Positions 52,404 to 61,830 of a stretch of DNA of 64,000 nt are shown here, piece by piece. The notes under the pieces are model-generated. The model saw only the letters and a program-made list of their open reading frames with translations. It was not told where the DNA came from and made no database searches. How positions within the stretch are numbered: the first letter of the stretch is position 1; the number at the start of each line of letters is the position of its first letter. A program made the translations under genes and the position numbers. This DNA is from Malacoraja senta (taxonomy: Eukaryota), in the NCBI GenBank assembly GCA_038087875.1, contig CM075992.1, forward strand, positions 62,001 through 126,000, read 5' to 3'.

Positions 52404-53642
52404 TTAGCCACAAGGGCCACATCTAACCCTCTTAAATATAGCCAATGAACTGGCCTCAACTACCCTCTGTGGCAGAGAGTTCCAGAGATTCACCACTCTC
52501 TGTGTGAAAAAGTTTTTCCTCATCTCGGTCTTAAAGGATTTCCCCCTTATCCTTAAGCTGTGACCCCTTGTCCTGGACTTCCCCAACATCGGGAACAATC
52601 TTCCTGCATCTAGCCTGTCCAACCCCATAAGAATTTTGTACATTTCTATAAGATCCCCTCTCAATCTCCTAAATTCTAGCGAGTATAAGCCAAGTCTATC
52701 CAGTCTTCCTTCATATGAAAGTTCTGACATCCCAGGAATCAGTCTGGTGAACCTTCTTTGCACTCCCTCTATGGCTATAATGTCCTTCCTCAGATTTGGA
52801 GACCAAAACTGTACGCAATACTCCAGGTGTGGTCTCACCAAGGCCCTGTACAACTGCAGTAGAACCTCCCTGCTCCTATACTCAAATCCTCTTGCTATGA
52901 AGGCCAACATACCATTTGCTTTCTTCACTGCCTGCTGCACCTGCATGCCAACTTTCAATGACTGGTGTACCATGACACCCAGGTCTCGCTGCATCTCCCC
53001 ATTTCCTAATCGGCCACCATTTAGATAATAGTCTGCCTTCCCGTTTTTGCCACCAAAGTGGATAACCTCACATTTATCCACATTATACTGCATCTGCCAA
53101 ACATTTGCCCACTCACCCAGCCTATCCAAGTCACCTTGCAGTCTCCTAGCATCCTCCTCACAGCTAACACTGCCCCCCAGCTTAGTGTCATCCGCAAACT
53201 TGGAGATGTTGCTTTCAATTCCCTCATCCAGATCATTAATATAAATTGTAAATAGCTGGGGTCCCAGCACTGAGCCTTGCGGTACCCCACTAGTCACTGC
53301 CTGCCATTGTGAAAAGGACCCGTTTACTCCTACTCTTTGCTTCCTGTTTGCCAGCCAGTTCTCTATCCACATCAATACTGAACCCCCAATACCGTGTGAT
53401 TTAAGTTTGTATCCTAATCTCTTATGTGGTACCTTGTCGAAAGCCTTCTGAAAGTCCAGATACAACACATCCACTGGTTCTCCCCTATCCACTCTACTAG
53501 TTACATCCTCGAAAAATTCTATAAGATTCGTCAGACACGATTTACCTTTCGTAAATCCATGCTGACTTTGTCCAATGATTTCACCACTTTCCAAATGTGC
53601 TGCTATCCCATCTTTAATAACTGACTCTAGCAGTTTCCCCAC
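52404..53642 (-). CDS. CR1 reverse transcriptase, open 412-aa segment (5'-truncated)
   Basis: [35 protein letters not shown]. Confidence 0.9.
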   Translation of the reverse strand: MGKLLESVIKDGIAAHLESGEIIGQSQHGFTKGKSCLTNLIEFFEDVTSRVDRGEPVDVLYLDFQKAFDKVPHKRLGYKLKSHGIGGSVLMWIENWLANRKQRVGVNGSFSQWQAVTSGVPQGSVLGPQLFTIYINDLDEGIESNISKFADDTKLGGSVSCEEDARRLQGDLDRLGEWANVWQMQYNVDKCEVIHFGGKNGKADYYLNGGRLGNGEMQRDLGVMVHQSLKVGMQVQQAVKKANGMLAFIARGFEYRSREVLLQLYRALVRPHLEYCVQFWSPNLRKDIIAIEGVQRRFTRLIPGMSELSYEGRLDRLGLYSLEFRRLRGDLIEMYKILMGLDRLDAGRLFPMLGKSRTRGHSLRIRGKSFKTEMRKNFFTQRVVNLWNSLPQRVVEASSLAIFKRVRCGPCG

Positions 53643-53652
53643 TACCGATGTT

Positions 53653-54190
53653 CCAGGTGCGACAGAGGTTCACCTGCATCTCCTCCAACCTCATCTATTG
53701 CATTCGCTGCTCTAGATGCCAGCTGATCTACATCGGTGAGACCAAGCGGAGGCTTGGCGATCGTTTCGCCGAACACCTCCGGTCGGTCCGCAATAACCAA
53801 CCTGAACTCCCGGTGGCTCAGCACTTCAACTCCCCCTCCCATTCCGTATCTGACCTCTCTGTCCTGGGTCTCCTCCATGGGCCACAGCGAACAACACCGT
53901 AAATTGGAGGAAATGCACCTCATATTCCGCTTGGGCAGTCTACATCCTGGTGGCCTGAACATTGAATTCTCCCAATTCTGCTAGCCCTGGCTGTCCCCTC
54001 CCCTTCATCAGCCATCTGGTTGTCTCCTCCCCTCCCCCAGCCCTCGGGCTCCTCCTCCGCCTTTTCCTTTTTTCCTTTCTTCTCCCCACCCCCTATCAGT
54101 CTGAAGAAGGGTTTCGGCCCGAAACGTTGCCTATTTCCTTCGCTCCATAGATGCTGCTGCACCCGCTGAGTTTCTCCAGCATTTTTGTGT
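53653..54190 (+). mobile_element. Penelope-like element 3' fragment: GIY-YIG endonuclease, 3' UTR and hammerhead
   Basis: NLIYCIRCSRCQLIYIGETKRRLGDRFAEH (GIY-YIG with CxxC); TSD ac(t/c)accgatgtt at 53641-53652 and 54191-54202. Confidence 0.93.
54098..54131 (+). ncRNA. Minimal type I hammerhead ribozyme motif (Penelope-associated)
   Basis: CUGAAGA 54101-54107, extra A, stem II GGGU-uucg-GCCC, GAAA 54121-54124, palindromic AACGUU stem III; stem I is weak and activity is not shown. Confidence 0.7.
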
Positions 54191-55675
54191 ACCACCGATG
54201 TTAGACTAACTGGTCTGTAATTCCCCGTTTTCTCTCTCCCTCCCTTCTTAAAAAGTGGGGTTACATTTGCTGGGACACTGGTGCTGCAAACCAGTGGCTT
54301 TACTAGCTGCACCTCTGTGTCACACGACTTAAATATCAGCATCCATTGTCTTAAATATACATGGTGACCAAGCCCCCACATCCGTCTGGGTCAGAGTGTT
54401 CCACAGGTTCACCTCCAGTGGGTGAAGACATTTCTTCCATCGCTGTCCTGAATGACCCATCTCTTATTTTGAGATTGGGATCCCTGGTTCTAGATACCTT
54501 AGCCAGGGGAAACATGGAACATAAACCAGAATAGCACAGGAACAGACCCCTTGGGCCCACAATATTTGTGCCCAACGTGATGCCTGGTTACACAATCTCA
54601 TCTATCTGTACATGATCCATACATCAACGTGCCTATCACCCCAGGAATCAACACAGTGAACCTTTCGTGCCCTCTCTCCACAGCAAGTGCATCTTTGCTA
54701 CGATGGGAACACAGATCCATGCACAATATTGACCACTATCTCATTCTGATTTGCTCTTTGATGATCTTTGGGACATGATTCTAGTTTGAAAGCACAATAT
54801 AAATGCAAGTTGTTGTTACAGAGGTTATGTGTCTGGTTATGAGGATGAAAATGGATGTGAAGATTCGCTGTTTTCAAATTCATATCGGAGATCGTAGCTG
54901 AGCAGGAAGACGATGTTGATAATTTCTCCTCAAGTAAACGCTGTTAGGTGGCAAATTAAATGCTTGCTGATGAATGCTTTTTGTATTTAATGCATGATTG
55001 GTTTCCACAAGATGTAGTCAGCTATGCCAGCGTGATAAAGCTTCAATAGAAATCCACAAACATGTATTTTGGCTTAAATTAATTTACCCAGCGCCTGTGA
55101 TTCTCCTGGCTCTGGAACATCAGCTCATACCCTGAAGAGTAAATGAATAGGAGGCTTTAGCCCACTGGAGATCCTGGCAACGAAGGATATTCCTTTTAGA
55201 GTCATGCAGTCACAGACGAGGCCTTTCAGCCCAACTTGTCCATGGAGACATAATTGTCTGGTCATTTGCTGGCATTTGTCCCATAGCCCACTAAACCCTT
55301 CCTATCCATATATCATATATCTGTCCAAATGTCTTTTCAAAGTCATAATTGTATCCACTTCTACAGTATCTCCAGCGGAACGTTCCGGAATACTCTGTGA
55401 AAACCTTGCCTCGGAGTTCCCTCATAGGATGCAATGAAATTCCTTGTTGACATAAAGCTCAGCGAGTGAGCCATACACATACAGCAACAACAGTAGACAG
55501 GTTCCCAACAAGGCCAAACCAATAGTAATGTCTCAGTGGGTGACTTTAACTTCCCCAATATTGACTGGGACTTGTTCAGTGTCAAAGGCTTAGAAGATGA
55601 ACAGATCCAATAGGTTTCTCGAAACAGTACGTGGATAGTCCAACCCAAGAAGGGAACATATTGGACCTTTTATAG

Positions 55676-55996
55676 TAGTTTAGTTTAGTTTAGAGATACA
55701 GTGCGGAAACAGGCCCTTCGGCCCACCGAGTCCGCGCCAACCAGCAATCCCCGCACATTAACACTATCCTACACACACTAGGGACAATTTTTACATTTAC
55801 CAAGCCAACTAACCTACAATCCTGCACATCTTTGGAGTGTGGGAGGAAACCGAATACCTTGGAGAAAACCCACGTGGTCACAGGGAGAACGTACAAACTC
55901 TGTACAGACAGCACCCGCAGTCGAGATCGAACCCGGGTCTCTGGCGTTGCAAGCGCTGTAAGGCAGCAACTCTACTGCTGCACACTGTGCCACCCA
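55676..55996 (-). mobile_element. Full-length tRNA-derived V-domain SINE (HE1-like) inside an old CR1 fragment
   Basis: Head with GGTTCGATC box B, V-like core and (ctaaa)n tail; ggacctt at 55663-55669 and 55997-56003; host CR1 shows GDFNFPNIDW. Confidence 0.9.
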
Positions 55997-56436
55997 GGAC
56001 CTTGATATGGGAAATACTACTGGCCAAGTGACTGGTATTACAGTGGAAATATCTAAGACTGGAGAGCATAGATATATGGTAAGAGGGGCAAAGTTTAAAA
56101 GAGATGCGAGGGGAATGGTTTTATTTACACAGATGGTGGAGAATGCCTGTAACACACTGCTGAGGGGTGATAGTTGAGGCAGGTATAATAGTGACATTTA
56201 AGATGGATAGGCACATGGATATACAGGGAATGGAGGGATATGGATTATATGCAGGCAGATAAGGGTTGGTTTTGGTATCATGTTTGGCTCAGATATTGTG
56301 GGTATAGATATTCGCTCAGATATCTGCTGCTGTGCTACATTGTTCTATGTTCTAATAAGTTACAAAGAAAAACTAGTGGGGGAATGTGGTAGCCTGAGGA
56401 CTATAGTGTAAAGACATTCTATATTGTAAACAAATA

Positions 56437-58024
56437 TGGCTTGCAAAAGTTTTTATACCCCTTGAACTTTTCCACATTTTGTCACGTTACAACCACAAAC
56501 GTAAATGTATTTTATGTGATAGACCAACACAAAGTGGTGCATAATTGTGAAGTGGAAGGAAAATGATACATGGTTTTCAAATTTTTTTACAAATAAAAAA
56601 CTGAAAAGAGTCGCGTGCAAAAGTATTCAGCCCCCCTGAGTCAATACTTTGTAGAACCACCTTTCGCTGCAATTACAGCTGCAAGTCTTTTGGGGTATGT
56701 CTCTACCAGCTTTGCACATCTAGAGACTGAAATTTTTGCCCATTCTTCTTTGCAAAATAGCTGAAGCTCAGTCAGATTGGATGGAGAGCGTCTGTGAACA
56801 GCAATTTTCAAGTCTTGCCAGAGATTCTCAATTGGATTTAGGTCTGGACTTTGACTGGGCCATTCTAACACATGAATATGCTTTGATCTAAACCATTCCA
56901 TTGTATGTTTAGGGTCGTTGTCCTGCTGGAAGGTGAACCTCCGCCCCAGTCTCAAGTCTTTTGCAGACTCTAACAGGTTTTCTTCCAAGATTGCCCTGTA
57001 TTTGGCTCCATCCACCTTCCCATCAACTCTGACCAGCTTCCCTGTCCCTGCTGAAGAAAAGCATCCCCAGAGCATGATGCTGCCACCACCATGTTTCACA
57101 GTGGGGATGGTGTGTTCTGGGTGATGTGCAGTGTTAGGTTTCCGCCACACATAGCGTTTTGCATTTAGGCCAAAAACTTCAATTTTGGTCTCATCTGGCC
57201 AGAGCACCTTCCTCCACATGTTTGCTGTGTCCCCCACATGGCTTGTGGCAAACTGCAAACGGGACTTCTTATGACTTTTTTTCAACAATGGCTTTCTTCT
57301 TGCCACTCCATAAAGGCCGAATTTGTGGAGTGCACGACTAATAGTTGTCCTGTGGACAGATTCTCCCACCTGAGCTGTGGATCTCTGCAGCTCCTCCAGA
57401 GTTACCATCGGCCTCTTGGCTGCTTCTCTGATCAATGCTCTCCCTGCCCGGCCTGTCAGTTTAGGTGGACGGCCATGTCTTGGTAGGTTTGCAGTTGTGC
57501 CATACTCTTTCCATTTTCGGATAATGGATTGGACAGTGCTCCGTGAGATGTTCAAAGCTTGGGATATTTTATTATAACCTAACCCTGCTTTAAACTTCTC
57601 CACAACTTTATCCCTGACCTGTCTGGTGTGTTCCTTGGGCTTCATGATGCTATTTGTTCATTAATGTTCTCTAACAAACCTCTGAGGCCTTCACAGAACA
57701 GCTGTATTTATACTGAGATTAGATTACACACAAGTGGACTCTATTTACTAATTAGGTGACTTCTGAAGGCAATTGGTTGCACTGGATTTTATTTAGGGGT
57801 ATCAGAGTAAAGGGGGCTGAATACTTTTGCACGCGACACTTTTCATTTTTTTATTTGTAAAAATATTTGAAAACCATGTATCATTTTCCTTCCACTTCAC
57901 AATTATGCGCCACTTTGTGTTGGTCTATCACATAAAATCCCAATAAAATACATTTACGTTTGTGGTTGTAACGTGACAAAATGTGGAAAAGTTCAAGGGG
58001 TATGAATACTTTTGCAAGCCACTG
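56437..58024 (-). mobile_element. Tc1-family DNA transposon, IR/DR type, Passport-like
   Basis: TIRs at about 56437-56636 and 57811-58024, each with inner and outer tgcaaaagt direct repeats; TA at 56435-56436 and 58025-58026. Confidence 0.96.
56641..57645 (-). CDS. Tc1 transposase, 334 aa, open frame with small in-frame deletions
   Basis: Paired-like HTH, GRPP, WPDETK, KHGGGSIMLWGCF, QQDNDPKH, SPDLNPIE, KGGSTKY. Confidence 0.95.
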   Translation of the reverse strand: MKPKEHTRQVRDKVVEKFKAGLGYNKISQALNISRSTVQSIIRKWKEYGTTANLPRHGRPPKLTGRAGRALIREAAKRPMVTLEELQRSTAQVGESVHRTTISRALHKFGLYGVARRKPLLKKSHKKSRLQFATSHVGDTANMWRKVLWPDETKIEVFGLNAKRYVWRKPNTAHHPEHTIPTVKHGGGSIMLWGCFSSAGTGKLVRVDGKVDGAKYRAILEENLLESAKDLRLGRRFTFQQDNDPKHTMEWFRSKHIHVLEWPSQSPDLNPIENLWQDLKIAVHRRSPSNLTELQLFCKEEWAKISVSRCAKLVETYPKRLAAVIAAKGGSTKY

Positions 58025-59380
58025 TAAATAAGGTATTATTTGTTGGGAAGGCAGCATGGAATGATGGTCTGAATGACCACCTTTTTGCCTTTATAAACGT
58101 AAGCGTGAAAATAAAAATTAGCCCAATCATTGTGATAAACTACTCAGAAGAAAGTTAAGTTGACAGATTGAACAGATCACATCGGTTTACAAAGCACATG
58201 TTGTAAACAAGGATGTATAAGTAGCACGTTGGGCCCTAGTCCTGAAGTTTGTACTTTCTCATTCACACCTCTGCAGCATCCATTTGAAGCTTTTCAACAA
58301 GGTAATCTTACTCTCACTGCTTACATTTCACAGGGTATCGAGCACTGGGGGAAACCTGCAAATTATCCACCAGAAGCCCACCTCCAGCACACAGTGTGCA
58401 TCAGACTGTGGGCACAAGGTCATCTCACCAGAAATTAAAGCTGGCAGCCTTCCAACCATTGGTAGACCAGTAGCAAACATCCGTCGTCATGTGGAAAGGA
58501 CCTGACTTTCTATCTCACCTCTCACAACCTGTAATACAAAACATTTCACTGATGAAATTCTTCAGGGTGGTAATATAGGGAAATGAGCCAGCTATCCTGT
58601 GCGGTAATCTCCCACAAACCCATCACCTTCACACTCAAGTAATGACATCTACTCAGTCTTGGTGTAGGGACTGCTAGCAAATGGACTGACTACTCTATAA
58701 ATAGAGTCCCTTCTCACAACCTCCAGATGTAACAAAGCACTCATGAGGGATTAACATCTGTGGATTCATATCCAAACATGAATCAATGTCTTCATGAATG
58801 TGGAGCATAGAAATTGAAATGTAGAATATTCATTGAACAGCTCAGCTGAGATTCAAGCCAGCACCAGACAAATGCCTCCCGTATGCAGTGGTGCCCGGTT
58901 ACAACAGAAATCATGTCACTTCAGAACTTGGGATATTCATTACAATGCTTGTGGCCTCAACAACATTTAAAAGACACTTGGGCAGGTACATAGATAGGAC
59001 AGGTTCAGAGGGAAATGGGCTAATTGCAGGCAAGTGGGACTAGTGTAGCAGGGGCATCTTGGTCAGCATGGGCAAGTTAAGGAGTCAAGAGCGAAGAATG
59101 TTTTATTATCATTTGTTCAAAAATGGAAGAATGAAATGTACTTGCAGCCGCATGACTGATATGTAAACAAGTTTCTCTCTGTGCTGTATGACTCTCTATG
59201 AGGCTACAAAACATCCTGCATGCTTGGCACCTCATTCTAAACATTCATTCCCTTGTCAACTGATGCAGAGACTACTGTAACATCCACTCCACTCACTCAT
59301 CCAGCCACCTCTGGCAACACCTCCCACACCCTGGTCTTTACCACGATGGAGGACAAGCAGTCAGGTGTCTGATAGATCGC

Positions 59381-59504
59381 GACCCAAAACATCACCTATC
59401 CATGTTCTCCTGGATGCTGCCTGACCCGCTGAGTTACTCCAGCACTCTGTGAAACGTCACCTATCCATGTTCTCCACAGATGCTGCCTGACCCGCTGAGT
59501 TACT
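59381..59504 (+). repeat. Penelope-derived tandem (2 units of the 66-nt type)
   Basis: Same cactctgt/gaaacgtcacc junction at 59443-59461. Confidence 0.85.
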
Positions 59505-60604
59505 GATTTCTTTCACAAGCACACAGGTGCAGGGGAACACCACCTTCTAATTGTTCCCCTCCAAGTCACACACCAGCCTGATGTGAAAATATTTGCCAAT
59601 CTTTCACTGCTCCGCCTCTAAATGTTGCCACTCCCTCCTTGGCTGCATAGTGGCAGCATCTCGGACAGCAAGGCTCCAGCTGGAGGTGGTTGGATCAGCA
59701 GTGCCACCCAGATCACAAAATATCATCAATTTATCTGCAGTAGGCTCCAGCACCCTGCAGGGGCCAACAGCTGGAGAGGTTAGAGCAATGAATAATGGTA
59801 GCTACATGGTGATAATGCTGTTGCTTTCCTTCAGAACATTAATGAGGGTGCAGGCTGGGTCTTTGTTTAATGCCTGATCTGATCAGCAGTGGCCTGCACA
59901 ATAACAAGGGCTCCTGCCACCGGGAGAAACAGACTTTGTGTCAAGTCCCTGGACTGGGACTCGAACCAACAACCTTCTGTTGGAGCGGAAACTTTCCCTC
60001 AGTTCTAATCTGCTCGCTGCCCCATCCACCATCATTAGCTGGTGTGAAAATCATTTCATTGAGTGTTCAGTGCGAGTGAGCGAGGAGAAAGGATGAAGGT
60101 GAAAATGAGGGCATTCCGCAGCCAAGCAGAGGAGGACGTGGCATTTTGAGGCGAGTAGTTAGTGCTGTTCACCGCCAGCATTGTCGCACCTTGCAGAGAT
60201 TCTTATTTAAGAGTCTGCTGACAACCTGAGTGGCCAAGGTAATTATGCAGGAACAAATTATGCTGATGATGTGCGGCGCTTGGCTGAATAAAGAGTGGTG
60301 GTTACACGTCTGTGGAAGATTGGAAAAGGTAGCACATTTGCTAAAAGAAAAGAGCTCTGGTAGCCAGCGCAGGTTTGCTGCTGCAGCCTGGATTGTAATT
60401 CATGGAGAGAATGATCAGCTCTGGAGACAGCTGGAAGGCAGCCTCTGCCATCGCCAAATATGGCTTTTATGAGAGAGTTCAAAGCTGCAGCCACTCATCC
60501 GCACATTTTGATGGAGTCATTCTAATTTCAATTACCGTCAACAAGTGGGCAGAGAATATTTATGATGGAATAATAAATTGATCAAAGGAGCTCTGTGAAT
60601 GTTT

Positions 60605-60740
60605 GTAGGAAAGAACTGCAAATGCTAGTTTAAATCGAAGGTAGACACAAAATGCTGGAGTAACTCAGCGGGACAGGCAGCATCTCTGGAGAGAAGGAAT
60701 GGGTGACGTTTAGGGTCGGGACCCTTCTTCAGACCCATCT
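60605..60740 (-). mobile_element. Penelope-derived insert with hammerhead motif (G12 mutated)
   Basis: 13-bp TSD tctgtgaatgttt at 60592-60604 and 60741-60753. Confidence 0.9.
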
Positions 60741-61005
60741 TCTGTGAATGTTTCCTCGGCGGAAGAATGGAATGGAGTGAAGGTTGAAAACAACCTTGCA
60801 GGTGGAAAGAGGAAAGTATTTGTGTCACATGGTCACTATGTTAGAGGGCAATGTTATCACAAAGAAGTCACAAAACACAGATATTACACATGGGAAAAAC
60901 AATTAGGGATTATCAGCCCAGAAAGCCAAGGGACTCTGGGCTCAGTGGAGAAATAAATCCAGAACATTATTTTGGTAAGGCACGTACTTAATACGAAGGC
61001 GAAGC

Positions 61006-61830
61006 AGACAGAACATACACACGCACACGGACACAGGAACATACACACGCACACAGACCCAGGAATATACATACGCACACGGACACAGGAACACACACAT
61101 GCACATGGACACAGGAACATAAACACGCACACGGACACAGGAACATACACACGCACAAGGACCCAGGAACATACACACGCACATGGACACAGGAACATAC
61201 ACACGCACATGGACACAGGAACATACACACGCACACGGACCCAGGAATATACATACACACACGGACACAGGAACACACATATGCACAGACACAGGAACAT
61301 ACACACACACACGGACACAGGAACATACACATGCACATGGACCCAGGAATATACACATGCACATGGTAACAGGAACATACACATACACATGCACACAGAC
61401 ACAGGAACACACACATGCACACAGACACAGGAACATATACACGCACATGGACACAGGAACATATACACGCACATGGACACAGGAACATACACACGCACAT
61501 GGACACAGGAACATACATACGCACACGGACACAGGAACACACACACGCACATGGACACAGGAACATACATACGCACACGGACACAGGAACATACACACGC
61601 ACACGGACACAGGTACATATACACGCACAGAGACACAGGAACATACACACGCACATGGAAACAGGAACGTACACATGCACACAGACACAGGAACACACAC
61701 ATGCACAGACACAGGAACATACACAAGCACACAGACTGAAACACACCCACACTGAAACACACACACAGAATCACACACACACAGAAACACACACAGTACA
61801 CGCACACCCACGTACTCACGTACACACACT
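61006..61830. repeat. 26-bp CA-rich minisatellite (ggacacaggaacatacacacgcacat) grading into (CA)n
   Basis: Directly visible; explains the Cys/Val- and His/Thr-rich ORFs. Confidence 0.95.

Larger units (their letters stand above)
52253..54270 (-). mobile_element. CR1 3' portion with (ctatgtat)n tail, interrupted by a Penelope fragment
   Basis: RT frame continues at 54191-54270 (PLFKKGGREKTGNYRPVSLTSVV). Confidence 0.95.
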
